Below are positions 9,339 through 18,525 of a stretch of 64,000 bases of DNA, piece after piece; the stretch's first letter is position 1, and the number at the start of each line of letters is the position of its first letter. The position numbers were made by a program, and so were the translations under genes. Below the pieces are notes generated by a model, which saw nothing but the letters and a program-made list of their open reading frames with translations, had not been told where the DNA came from and did not search any database. The stretch is from an uncultured Candidatus Binatia bacterium (GTDB lineage Bacteria > Desulfobacterota > Binatia > Bin18): the NCBI GenBank assembly GCA_965200965.1, contig OZ241744.1, positions 3,200,001 to 3,264,000 on the forward strand. Reading direction: 5' to 3'.

Positions 9339-9607
9339 TGGAAGTCAAACTCAGGCTGTTTGCCACCCTGCGCAAAAAGCTGCCGCCCGGCTCCAAGGCC
9401 GGCAAGGCAGTCCTGACGCTCGGCCAGGACGCCACCATACGCGACGTGATCCGGCAGCTCGACATCCCGGAAGACTTGGCCCAGATGGTGCTGGTCAACG
9501 GCGAACAGACCCGCGCGTTTGATCGATCCCTGACCAACGGCGACAGCCTGAGTATTTTCCCGCCGGTAGCCGGTGGCGCGGGGCAGCCCTCAGCCAATCA
9601 CGCCTGA
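9338..9607 (+). CDS. MoaD/ThiS sulfur carrier with a 9-aa extension after GG
   Basis: VKLRLFATLRK start, VLVNG, LTNGDSLSIFPPVAGG followed by AGQPSANHA; start overlaps the upstream stop (TGATG). Confidence 0.9.
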   Translation: MEVKLRLFATLRKKLPPGSKAGKAVLTLGQDATIRDVIRQLDIPEDLAQMVLVNGEQTRAFDRSLTNGDSLSIFPPVAGGAGQPSANHA

Positions 9608-9833
9608 CGTTTCCCCTTGGCCAGTCGGATCATGCCCCCGAACAAATCGGTACAAGCCGGCGGGTCGGGTCGCCGCTGAACTTCCGGTACAGACTATTGA
9701 CATTGACCGCAATGCGCTTGGCGTCGCCCCGGGCCGAGTACTCGCCGAGTGCAATATCGTCCGCCGCTTCGGTCCACGACAGACCGGCCTCATACCGTTT
9801 GCGGGCCTCGCCCTCAGTATATTGATATTGCAC
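9598..9833 (-). pseudogene. 3' remnant of a probable MBL-fold hydrolase/cyclase
   Basis: EARKRYEAGLSWTEAADDIALGEYSARGDAKRIAVNVNSLYRKF, then a frame change to DLFGGMIRLAK; resembles the C-terminal helical part of MBL cyclases; N-terminal HxHxDH region absent. Confidence 0.55.
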
Positions 9834-9940
9834 CTGTGACCGCCTCCACGCCACGTTTGACCCTGTCGGGCCTCCGGGCTGCCGAGTCTGCAAGGTCTGC
9901 ATTTGCGCCGGTTGTGGGACGTGCTATAGCAGCCGAAGTG

Positions 9941-10687
9941 ATGCGTGAACTCCTGACCGCCTGCCAATTCCTGACCTGCTTCTACTTCATCCGCCCGCCG
10001 GTGTTTGACCATGCCCATTTTGGTCGATCGGGGGTCTTTTTTCCGCTGATCGGTCTGCTGCTCGGGGCCACGGTCTGGAGCGTGGACAGCCTGCTGCGGC
10101 CGGCGCTGGCGGTCGGCCTGCTGAGCGGGGTCTTGGTCGTCCTCTTGGGCGTGTTGAGTCGTGGCTTGCAGTTCAGAGGCGTGGCCGCTAGCGCGGTTGG
10201 ACTGCTGGGCCGCAAATCGCGGGCGAGCCGTCTGGCTGACATGAAAGACCGACCCTGGGGCCTTGTCGGGATGACAGCACTGGTGGCTATCGTGAGCCTG
10301 AAAGCGCTGGCTTTTGCCTGTCTTGATACTGGCTACCGAGGGGCGGCGGTGCTCTTATGTCCGATGTTGGGCCGCTGGGCGTGTGTGGTGATGGCCTATA
10401 GCTCGCGTCCGGCCCGCAGCCACGGGCTTGGTGCCGCGTTTATACGGGGCGTTGGGTTTCGGGAGTTTGGCGCGGCTAGCGTGATGACGCTGTTCCTGGT
10501 GTTGAGCCTGGTAGAAGTGGGCGGCTTGCTCGTCTTCCTGGGGCTGGCGAGCGTCGTGATCGGCTGGACCTTATACTGTAATCGGCGCTTGGATGGAGTG
10601 ACTGGAGATGCGATCGGAGCGCTGGGCGAGATTGTTGAAACGGGGGCGGTGTGTTTGTTTGCGGCGCTGGAGAGTGTGGTCGGGTGA
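9941..10687 (+). CDS. cobS: CobS-like membrane protein (adenosylcobinamide-GDP ribazoletransferase family), motif-degenerate
   Basis: QFLT, FFPLIGLLLG, MKD..G..G, GLGAAF and GVTGDAIGALGEIVE motifs; multiple TM helices. Confidence 0.8.
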   Translation: MRELLTACQFLTCFYFIRPPVFDHAHFGRSGVFFPLIGLLLGATVWSVDSLLRPALAVGLLSGVLVVLLGVLSRGLQFRGVAASAVGLLGRKSRASRLADMKDRPWGLVGMTALVAIVSLKALAFACLDTGYRGAAVLLCPMLGRWACVVMAYSSRPARSHGLGAAFIRGVGFREFGAASVMTLFLVLSLVEVGGLLVFLGLASVVIGWTLYCNRRLDGVTGDAIGALGEIVETGAVCLFAALESVVG

Positions 10688-10744
10688 GCGCGGCACCGAG
10701 AGGCCGGAAGGATGGCGGGGCGCTCAACACCCCGCGTCATGGGC

Positions 10745-11131
10745 CTAGTTAGCGGGCTGGACCATTTCGGGCTGGGAGAGTCTGGGCTGAACAGGGATGC
10801 TTTGGCTCAACTCGAGCTCCGCCGTTTTTTGCTGCTGGAGGACATTTTCTCTCCACTCCTGAAGAGCTTCACGCATCCGACCAGGATGGATGCCAAGGAT
10901 TTCACAGATGTTCTCAAACGAGAAAAACCAGTAGGTGTCGGTTGACTCGATCCATTCCTGGGCTTCTTGGAACAGACGGCATTCGTGTGGTTTGCGGGCC
11001 AGCAGATAGGTCTGGAAACAATGTACAGCATCCTCTAGCATAGCCAGGAGGAGGCGCTTTTCACCTTGCAAAGGTTTTCTTCCCAGAATGCTGAAAAACT
11101 GTTCTGGGAGAAGAGTATCCGGCTCGAACAT
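10745..11131 (-). CDS. Conserved hypothetical alpha-helical protein
   Basis: ATG at 11131 with AAGGAGAGG RBS; GEKRLLLAMLEDAVHCFQ..EAQEWI..FSFENICEILG pattern; divergent from LysR. Confidence 0.8.
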   Translation of the reverse strand: MFEPDTLLPEQFFSILGRKPLQGEKRLLLAMLEDAVHCFQTYLLARKPHECRLFQEAQEWIESTDTYWFFSFENICEILGIHPGRMREALQEWRENVLQQQKTAELELSQSIPVQPRLSQPEMVQPAN

Positions 11132-11259
11132 AATTCCTCTCCTTACTGCAGCGCTATGCGTGAAGAGTTGCACCCCGCTGCCTCATGTGTGAGATCAACA
11201 GGATACCGAAATCTGCTCTATAAGTAAAGTGAAAAAACCTGCATAACATTATTAGCAAC

Positions 11260-12198
11260 ATGCATATTGAAACGCTCAAGGTTTTTTGTGATCTGGTCGA
11301 AACGGGCAGTTTCTCGCTGGCAGCCTCAAAGAACTTTGTGACCCAGTCCGCGGTCAGTCAGCAGATCCGGAGTCTTGAGGAACGCTACGGCCGCGAGTTG
11401 GTTGAGCGCTCCAAAGGCAATGTCCGGCTCACCGAAGCTGGCCAGGTGTTCTATGAGGTCGGCAGGGAGATTATCCAAAAATATCGGGAAATTGAGAACA
11501 GTTTGCACAGCCTGTCGCGCTCGGTGGCCGGCACGGTGCGGGTTGCGACGGTGTATAGTGTCGGACTGTACGAACTGTCTTCCCCGCTCAAACGCTACCT
11601 CCAGGCTTTTCCCGAGGTCAATATTCATCTCGAATATACCCGGGCCAATAAAATCTATGATGAGGTGAGCCGTGGGGATATTGATCTAGGTATTGTTGCC
11701 TATCCGAGCAAGCGCCCACAGATTCTGGTCATTCCCTTTCGTGAGGATCGGCTCGTCCTGATCTGTGCCCCCCAGCATCCGTTTGCGACCTTGTCGGAGT
11801 TGTCGCTTACGCGGCTCAATAGCGAAAAATTCGTCGGCTTTGAGCGTGATATTGCCACCCGGCGGGCCTTGGACCGCATCTTCCGGCAGTATGGCGTCAA
11901 GGTGCGGTATGCGATGGAGATGGACAATATCGAGACCATCAAGCGCGGGGTCGAGATTGGGGCTGGGGTGTCTATCGTGCCGGAGCCGGCCATTGGCCAG
12001 GAAGTGAAAAATGAAACCCTGGTGGCGGTGCAGATTCGGGATGAAGCCCTGACCCGGCCGCTCGGTATTATTTCCAAACGGGGGCGGCAGTTCACGCCTG
12101 CCGTCCAGGAGTTCCTCAATTTTTTACAGGAAAAGACAGCCCGGCTGCCAGAGGAGAACGCTGCTCAGGCCGGTCGGACGCTTGACGGTCTGGTGTGA
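11260..12198 (+). CDS. LysR-family transcriptional regulator
   Basis: GSFSLAASKNFVTQSAVSQQIRSLE HTH, LTEAG, LysR substrate-binding domain. Confidence 0.96.
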   Translation: MHIETLKVFCDLVETGSFSLAASKNFVTQSAVSQQIRSLEERYGRELVERSKGNVRLTEAGQVFYEVGREIIQKYREIENSLHSLSRSVAGTVRVATVYSVGLYELSSPLKRYLQAFPEVNIHLEYTRANKIYDEVSRGDIDLGIVAYPSKRPQILVIPFREDRLVLICAPQHPFATLSELSLTRLNSEKFVGFERDIATRRALDRIFRQYGVKVRYAMEMDNIETIKRGVEIGAGVSIVPEPAIGQEVKNETLVAVQIRDEALTRPLGIISKRGRQFTPAVQEFLNFLQEKTARLPEENAAQAGRTLDGLV

Positions 12199-12241
12199 AG
12201 GGAGCCGGGCCCATATTCTGCGGGAGAGGAGGAGTGCGGCT

Positions 12242-13216
12242 ATGGATGGCTTGGCGGCTGATTCGGTTTCCACGGCGCTCAGGCAGGCACGCGAGCAGCG
12301 AGGCGTCTCTGTGCCAGACGCCGCCCGGGCGGCGAACATCCCCCTGTCCTATCTCCGGGCACTGGAGGCCGGTGGCGACTATCGTCTGCTGGTTGACCCG
12401 ATGTACCTCATCCCGTTTCTGCGGACCTACGCCGTCTACCTGGGCCTTAGACCAGATGACGCGGTGCGGCAGTTTGTCGCTGAACTGCAAAGGACGGCGG
12501 TCAGTACGGCCAGAAATCCGCCCGACACACCCCTCAGCCTTCTCAGGCCGGCCCAGCTTTCGGCCTGGATTGTGCCGTTGGTGGTGCTGGTGGGCGGCTT
12601 GGTCGGTGTCGGGCTTGTCGTCCAGTCAATTGAGCCGCCTGCCTGGCGGGCGGAAGAAGAGGAACCGGCCGGCGGTTCGGTCGTGGCTGAGGCAAAGCCG
12701 GCCGAGCCCGCTCCCAGCGGCGAACGGCCATCCGTCCCGTCGCCGGCCACCGAGCGGCAACATACCGAGGAGTTGGCCGACAACTCTAGTGGGGCTGAGC
12801 AAGAGGCAGCTCCGGTCGCCTCAGCCCCTGGCGGCGAGCGGCCGATTGCCTTGCCGCCCGTCACCGAACAAGAACCCCGTGTGGAAATCTCGCAAACCCC
12901 AGAGCCTGCCCCGCTGGCATCTGAGCTGCCAGAGCCGACCGGCCAGACTGTGCCGGCTCCCCCCGGGCTTCATCGGCTCCATATACGCGCGCTGGAAACA
13001 ACGTGGCTCCACGTTGTGATTGACGGCGGACTCCCCCGGGAGGTTCTGCTTCAACCCGGCGATCATCTGCGCTGGGAAGCGAGCCGGCATTTCATCCTGA
13101 CGGTGGGCAACGCCGGAGGGGTGGAACTCACGTTTGACGACAATCCGCTCCGCCGGCTGGGAGGGTCTGGGGAGGTGGTCCGTGAACTCCGTCTTCCGGC
13201 CCTTGAAACGCCATAG
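12242..13216 (+). CDS. rodZ: RodZ-like HTH/TM/DUF4115 cytoskeleton protein
   Basis: LRQAREQRGVS..YLRALEAG..FLRTYAVYLGL, single TM, Pro/Glu linker, VGNAGGVELTF; GAGGAG RBS. Confidence 0.85.
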   Translation: MDGLAADSVSTALRQAREQRGVSVPDAARAANIPLSYLRALEAGGDYRLLVDPMYLIPFLRTYAVYLGLRPDDAVRQFVAELQRTAVSTARNPPDTPLSLLRPAQLSAWIVPLVVLVGGLVGVGLVVQSIEPPAWRAEEEEPAGGSVVAEAKPAEPAPSGERPSVPSPATERQHTEELADNSSGAEQEAAPVASAPGGERPIALPPVTEQEPRVEISQTPEPAPLASELPEPTGQTVPAPPGLHRLHIRALETTWLHVVIDGGLPREVLLQPGDHLRWEASRHFILTVGNAGGVELTFDDNPLRRLGGSGEVVRELRLPALETP

Positions 13217-13242
13217 TCGCAGAGCGAAAACGGGCGCTTTTC

Positions 13243-14967
13243 CTAGGGTTTTTTCAGAAACTCTGAAAACTCATACACGCCACGCGCTTGACGACCCTGC
13301 CAGCAGGTCTTGGCCATCCCAAATGTGACGGCCAAGGCCCGGCCCTGGCTGACATGCCGGACCACCGGAATAGCCGTTGTGGTTTCTCCCCGGCAGCTCA
13401 AGCGGAGGGAGAAGTCCGCCGAGTCTGGATGGAGGGACAGATGAAACATGACCGGCCGGCCGTGGTCGTGGATATAGTCCAGTTCCCAGTCGGTAGGGCG
13501 TACCGGATAGGGCCGGCCGTGGGCATAGATGACCCCGACCGAGCGTGGTCCTTCGGGCAGCTCGGTGCGGACCAGGAAGACGCCGAGGTCCGGGCCAAAC
13601 GGCAGCGAGACGAGCTGCCGGGGCAGCAGGCGGCCGGCCTCCTCAGCACGCAACATGTCCATGAACCCCCAGGCGTCAATGGCGGTGCGGCGGTCGCGCA
13701 AGCGGATCTCACCGTGCAGGCGGGCGAGGTAGACCGGTGCCGGCGGCTGGCTTGAGGGCGGCGGGATGCTTAGCTGCAGCTGCATGTCAACCGGCTCAAT
13801 CCAGGAGGCGGCCAAGCCGTCCTCTAGGCGGATAAACGCCTGGGGGTGGGAAAAGCGCATGGCCATGCCGCGATATGAGATCGACAGGCCGTCGGCATGA
13901 CGCTGCCAGACATAGCCGCCAATACGGACTTGGTGGGGCTGTGGGCTGGCGTCGTCCTCGCCGGTAAACAGCAGCATCTCGGTCCCGCCCAGCGACAGCA
14001 GCAGCCGCCCCGAGTGGGTGGTCGCGCCGGCGTCAAATTCAATACCGCCCGTCAGGCCCAAGCTGCTGACCGGATCGTGGAAATGGAGGCTCATGCGGCT
14101 TGGCTGCGAGGCGTGGTGAACGGGCAGAAACGCGCCGTCTCGACCGGCGGAGGAGTTTGACCCGGCCAGGTTCAGCTCGGAAAAGTCGCGGCCGCGCCGC
14201 GGCAGAGGCTCTGACGCTTGGCCCAAAGTCCGACAAAAGAGTTCAATAAAGCGGTCCCGGCCAGGGCCGGGCCAGCGCAACCCTACGCCCAGTTCGAGTT
14301 GGACGGCGTGAATCTTTTCCTGGCTTGACAGCTCTGCCAGGGTCCGAATTGGGAGCGACTCGTCCTGGACAAAACGCGGGCTGAAGACCTGCATGAAGTT
14401 GTTCTTTGCCGCGGCTGGATAGCGGCGACCGAGTGCCACGTCGAGCCCGGCAGCCACCCCCGCGGTCTGAAACGGCAGCAGCTCTTCAGACAAAAAAGCG
14501 GCACCAACGGTTGGCGCGCCCTTGCCGGCGGGCACAAGGCGGGTCCCGTGTTGTTTCACCCCAATCCCCAGATCGCACACCGGCTGGACTACATTCCAGC
14601 CGTGGACAAAAAACAGCTTGGCCGTGCCATACTGGGCGACCAGATGGGAGACGATCTCGAGCAGCGCGGCGGGAAACCACGGGGCATGGGTGCGCACCTG
14701 GTTGACCCGGTTGAGATCAATCTCATTGCGGTCGAGGGACCGGTTGATGAGGGCATAGCCACCGGTCCGGGCGGCCAGATGTTGGGCCAGTCCGGCGGTG
14801 TGCAGATCATTGACCTTGACACTGTCCTGAATGGGCGCATCGCTCGGCCGGCGTCCGCCGTGGGGGGCCACCAGCACGATGGGTGAACGGCCCTCAATAT
14901 ACTCTACCCAGTCCGGCAGGCTAGCAACAAGAAAAGACACAGGGCCCAGTATAACCGATTCAGACAC
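13243..14967 (-). CDS. Hypothetical protein: N-formylglutamate amidohydrolase-like N-terminal domain plus beta-rich C-terminal region
   Basis: LVAPHGG, NDLHT, DLNR, FVHGW and AVQLEL motifs in the first ~250 aa; the remainder is unrecognised. Confidence 0.65.
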   Translation of the reverse strand: MSESVILGPVSFLVASLPDWVEYIEGRSPIVLVAPHGGRRPSDAPIQDSVKVNDLHTAGLAQHLAARTGGYALINRSLDRNEIDLNRVNQVRTHAPWFPAALLEIVSHLVAQYGTAKLFFVHGWNVVQPVCDLGIGVKQHGTRLVPAGKGAPTVGAAFLSEELLPFQTAGVAAGLDVALGRRYPAAAKNNFMQVFSPRFVQDESLPIRTLAELSSQEKIHAVQLELGVGLRWPGPGRDRFIELFCRTLGQASEPLPRRGRDFSELNLAGSNSSAGRDGAFLPVHHASQPSRMSLHFHDPVSSLGLTGGIEFDAGATTHSGRLLLSLGGTEMLLFTGEDDASPQPHQVRIGGYVWQRHADGLSISYRGMAMRFSHPQAFIRLEDGLAASWIEPVDMQLQLSIPPPSSQPPAPVYLARLHGEIRLRDRRTAIDAWGFMDMLRAEEAGRLLPRQLVSLPFGPDLGVFLVRTELPEGPRSVGVIYAHGRPYPVRPTDWELDYIHDHGRPVMFHLSLHPDSADFSLRLSCRGETTTAIPVVRHVSQGRALAVTFGMAKTCWQGRQARGVYEFSEFLKKP

Positions 14968-14985
14968 AAGCGGAAGGCGCTGGCT

Positions 14986-15960
14986 TCAGCGTTCCGCGTC
15001 AACCAGCTTTTGCAATTCTTCAACGCGATAGCTGCCAGGCGCTTGACCGGTCGCCGCCATGTGGTTGGCAATACGCTGGAGGACACGGTTATAAGGGGTG
15101 GGGACGCCGTGCTGGTGGCCGAGGAGCACAATCTCGCCGTTCAGAAAATCGGCCTCAATGGTCGGCAGCCCGCGTTTGAGGCTCTGCCACGACGAGCCGC
15201 CGCCACGCGGGTAGCCCTCAATATCGACCAGTCTGATCTGGCTGCGCACACGCATCCGCAACTCCGCCTCGGGGGCAAAGGCAATGCCAGCCGCCTCATA
15301 GCACGCCCGCGTCTCCGCCCGAACTGCCCGCCCGAAGTCTGTGGCTCGGGCCTCAAGCCCGCACGCGGCCTGGAGGGCGTTTTGTACATTGGACAGCAGT
15401 TTGGTGTACTTCCAGCGCATGATGTCAGGCTCGGGCCGGGCACTGAAACCGCTGTGGCTGAGGGCGGCTGTGACCTGAGTGATGCGTTCATCAACGCCGC
15501 CGGGGTAGCGGCCAGCGTCAAGAATGCCGCCGACCGGGACCGCGTGATTGAGCACCAAGCCGGGCTCCAGAGAGGTTCCGGGCATCCACACCACCATGCC
15601 GTAGACGTGCCGAAAACGCCGGGCGGCCATGCGCTCGTTATCAACGCCGTTTTGGGCGCACACCACGGGCAGCGTGTCGCCAGCGGCCTGATACAAATCG
15701 CGCAGGGCTTGTTCCGTATCCTGGGATTTCATGCACAGCAGCACCACATCGTGCTCGCCAAAGCTGAGCCGTGACGGATGGCCGACGGCCGGGATGTTGA
15801 GGCGCAGGCTCTCGTGTGGGGTCTTGAGGGCCAGACCCCGGCGCTGGATGGTGTCCAGGTGGTCGCCGCGACAGATGAGAACGACCTGATGACCGTGCCG
15901 AAATAGCTGGCCGCCAATCCCGCCGCCAATCCCCCCGGCTCCGTAGATGATGTATCGCAT
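14986..15960 (-). CDS. Ketopantoate reductase (PanE/ApbA) family oxidoreductase
   Basis: IYGAGGIGG, MKSQD, AQNGV, WKYTKLLSN, SSWQS, EADFLNGEIV. Confidence 0.92.
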   Translation of the reverse strand: MRYIIYGAGGIGGGIGGQLFRHGHQVVLICRGDHLDTIQRRGLALKTPHESLRLNIPAVGHPSRLSFGEHDVVLLCMKSQDTEQALRDLYQAAGDTLPVVCAQNGVDNERMAARRFRHVYGMVVWMPGTSLEPGLVLNHAVPVGGILDAGRYPGGVDERITQVTAALSHSGFSARPEPDIMRWKYTKLLSNVQNALQAACGLEARATDFGRAVRAETRACYEAAGIAFAPEAELRMRVRSQIRLVDIEGYPRGGGSSWQSLKRGLPTIEADFLNGEIVLLGHQHGVPTPYNRVLQRIANHMAATGQAPGSYRVEELQKLVDAER

Positions 15961-16086
15961 TTCCGTTCTCCCTGTGTAACCTGCCTCGGCGCTTTTTTAC
16001 CCTGAGATGAGAATGAGACGCAAACGGCTTGCGGGAGCGGGTGGTTTGTTGTAGCAGGCCAGTACAAGAGACGTGAGGAGGAAGAC

Positions 16087-16968
16087 ATGCCACTCAGTTC
16101 AGACAGTGTTGGAAGTTCGGGCGAGCCTGTTGTGCATGAGGTTGATGCCCGCTGGGCGATGGCCTACGCCACCGGCATTGGGGATAGCTCGCCGTGTTAT
16201 CTCGATACCCTGCGCCCCGAGGGCGTGATTGCGCATCCCGTGTTTCCGGTGTGTGTAGAATGGCCGGTGATTGTGGCTATGCGTCAGCATCCGGTCAACG
16301 CTTCGCTGAGCCAGGAGGAGTATGTGCGGGCGGTCCACGCCACCCATGAGCTGGTGATCCACCGTCCAATCCGAGCTGGAGACAGGCTGACCACCCGGGC
16401 CACGATTGTCGGGGTTGAGCAGCGCAGACCCGGGGCCTATCAAACGGTCCGCCTGGACACGACAGACGCCAAGGGCGAGCTGGTGAGTTCGACCTGGCAG
16501 GGGGCGATCTATCGTGGGGTTGAGGTCAGCGGCCCGGACCGTGGAGCGTGCGATCTTCCCCCGCCCATCCCTGCCCTTGGCAACGACGGGTCGACGCGGG
16601 CCGATGTGCCGGTCTCGATTGGACCCGGGGCCGCCCATGTCTATACCGAGTGTGCGCGCATCTGGAACCCGGTCCATACCGACGCCGCGGTTGCCGCTGC
16701 GGCGGGTCTGCCGGCGATTATTCTGCACGGCACGGCGACCCTGGCGATGGGGGTATCGCGCGTGCTTGAGTTGGAAGCCGATAACAGGCCCGAGCGGGTC
16801 AAACGGGTGGCGTGTCGGTTTGGGGCGATGGTGCTGATGCCCTCACAGCTCACCGTGCGTATTCTGTCGCGCCGCGCCACCCCACACGGCGAGGCGATTC
16901 ACTTTGAGGTCCGAGCCGAGGACGGCGGCCCGGCCGTGCGGGACGGGTTGGTGATGCTGCGGCCGTAA
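16087..16968 (+). CDS. Double hot-dog MaoC-family enoyl-CoA hydratase
   Basis: VHATHEL..HRPI, WNPVHTD..AAAAGLPAIILHG. Confidence 0.9.
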   Translation: MPLSSDSVGSSGEPVVHEVDARWAMAYATGIGDSSPCYLDTLRPEGVIAHPVFPVCVEWPVIVAMRQHPVNASLSQEEYVRAVHATHELVIHRPIRAGDRLTTRATIVGVEQRRPGAYQTVRLDTTDAKGELVSSTWQGAIYRGVEVSGPDRGACDLPPPIPALGNDGSTRADVPVSIGPGAAHVYTECARIWNPVHTDAAVAAAAGLPAIILHGTATLAMGVSRVLELEADNRPERVKRVACRFGAMVLMPSQLTVRILSRRATPHGEAIHFEVRAEDGGPAVRDGLVMLRP

Positions 16969-17000
16969 GCCGCTCAAGCTGGAGGAAGGAGGAGAAGTCT

Positions 17001-18008
17001 ATGCGACGCGGACTGATTTTTCCCGGCGGCGGGATGGCGCAACAGGACATGATTCGGATCGCCCAGGAAGCCGAGGCCGCGGGTCTTGATTCGCTGTATG
17101 TCACCGAGGCATGGCGCAGTGCCTTTGTGCCGCTCACCGCGCTGGCGCTGTCAACCGAACGGGTGCGGCTCGGCACCTATGTGCTCAACGCCTATGGCCG
17201 CAGCCCGTTTATTACCGGGATGAGCGCGGTTGATGTCGATGAGCTGTCCGGCGGGCGGCTGCTGCTGGGTGTGGGCAGCGGCAACCGCTTCATCAACGCC
17301 GACTGGCAGGGCGTCCCCCACGAACGCCCATACCAGAAGATGGCTGAGTATGTGGACCTGCTGCGCCAGATTTTCCATACCAGGGCCGGTGAGCGGGTCT
17401 TATACGAGGGCGAGATCCACCGCATGAACTGGGTGCCGGCGGTCACACCGCTGCGTGACAAGGTGCCCATCTATCTGTCGGCGGTCTTTCCCCGCATGGT
17501 CAAGGTCGCTGGGCGGGTGGCCGACGGCCTGGCCCTGGGTGCCATCCTGTCCGCTGAGTATGCGCGGGACGTGATTCAACCCGCGGCGCGAGCCGCGGCT
17601 GAGGAGGCCGGGCGCGACCCCCGCCAGTTGGGCTTTCTGATGGGAGCTATGGTGGCGATTGACGATGACCGCGAGAGGGCCAGGCGGGCGGCCCGCGAGG
17701 CGATCTGTCGGCTGTTTGCTCCTCTGCCGCACCCCTATTACGAGTATATGCTGCGTGAACACGGCTTTTCGGCCGCGGCCGATGCGGCCTGTCAGTATGT
17801 GCCCGAGGGCAAGCTGGAGCGGGCGGTTGAGGCCATCCCGGACGAGGCGGTTGATCGTTTGACAATCGCCGGTACACCGGACGAGGCGCGTAGACGCTTG
17901 GCCGATTACGAGGGCATCGTCAATGAGGTCATCTGTGTCAACGTGTTCTACTCGGCCAGCGATCAGGCATCCATGCTGGCCGCGTACCGCCGGCTGATCC
18001 ACCTGTAG
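17001..18008 (+). CDS. LLM-class flavin/F420-dependent oxidoreductase
   Basis: AEAAGLDSLYVTE, TERVRLGT, DELSGGRLLLGVG, AGRVADG. Confidence 0.93.
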   Translation: MRRGLIFPGGGMAQQDMIRIAQEAEAAGLDSLYVTEAWRSAFVPLTALALSTERVRLGTYVLNAYGRSPFITGMSAVDVDELSGGRLLLGVGSGNRFINADWQGVPHERPYQKMAEYVDLLRQIFHTRAGERVLYEGEIHRMNWVPAVTPLRDKVPIYLSAVFPRMVKVAGRVADGLALGAILSAEYARDVIQPAARAAAEEAGRDPRQLGFLMGAMVAIDDDRERARRAAREAICRLFAPLPHPYYEYMLREHGFSAAADAACQYVPEGKLERAVEAIPDEAVDRLTIAGTPDEARRRLADYEGIVNEVICVNVFYSASDQASMLAAYRRLIHL

Positions 18009-18017
18009 GGTGGCGGT

Positions 18018-18038
18018 CCCTCCCCCGTTGGGGGAGGG
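18018..18038. terminator. GC-rich hairpin between convergent genes
   Basis: CCCTCCCCC-GTT-GGGGGAGGG perfect 9-bp stem; no clear U-tract. Confidence 0.55.
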
Positions 18039-18053
18039 GGCAGCGTTCCGGCC

Positions 18054-18428
18054 TTAGCCGGCGTCCTTTTTATCAATTGAGTCAAACACCTCCTGCGCAA
18101 TCCGCAGGCCGTTCACCCCGACCGGCCAGCCGCCGTAGTGGGCCAGATGAATCATGATCTCCTGGATTTTTTCGCGGCTGATGCCGACGTTGATCGCCCC
18201 CCGGATATGAACCTTGAGTTCCGGGCTGCGGGCTAGGACGGTCAGCGCGGCGACTGTAATCATCGAGCGCTCGCGGGTTTCCAGACCCGGTCGGCCCCAG
18301 ATATCACCGAACAGGTTCTCGACCGTAATGTTCAGAAAGTCGTTCTGCATCATGCCCGGTCTGGGTTCCGCGCCAAACAGTTCTTTCATTTTGGCGGCAC
18401 CTTTCTGGTAGCGTTCAGATTCTGCCAT
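18054..18428 (-). CDS. Carboxymuconolactone decarboxylase family protein
   Basis: FGDIWGRPGL..RERSMITVAAL, ELKVHIRGA, YGGWP; AAGGAGGAG RBS before the ATG at 18428. Confidence 0.92.
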   Translation of the reverse strand: MAESERYQKGAAKMKELFGAEPRPGMMQNDFLNITVENLFGDIWGRPGLETRERSMITVAALTVLARSPELKVHIRGAINVGISREKIQEIMIHLAHYGGWPVGVNGLRIAQEVFDSIDKKDAG

Positions 18429-18525
18429 TGTTTCTCCTCCTTGGTCTGAGAGCGCACCCTTGCGGGCCATACATGGGTTGTCTAGTATCAGACGCGCCGT
18501 CTCCGAGTCAAAGTAAAGGACCCCT

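Noticed and set aside
9608-9940. Cobalamin riboswitch upstream of the cobS-like gene
   Set aside because: No B12-box or conserved core recognised; the region is better explained as a minus-strand gene relic
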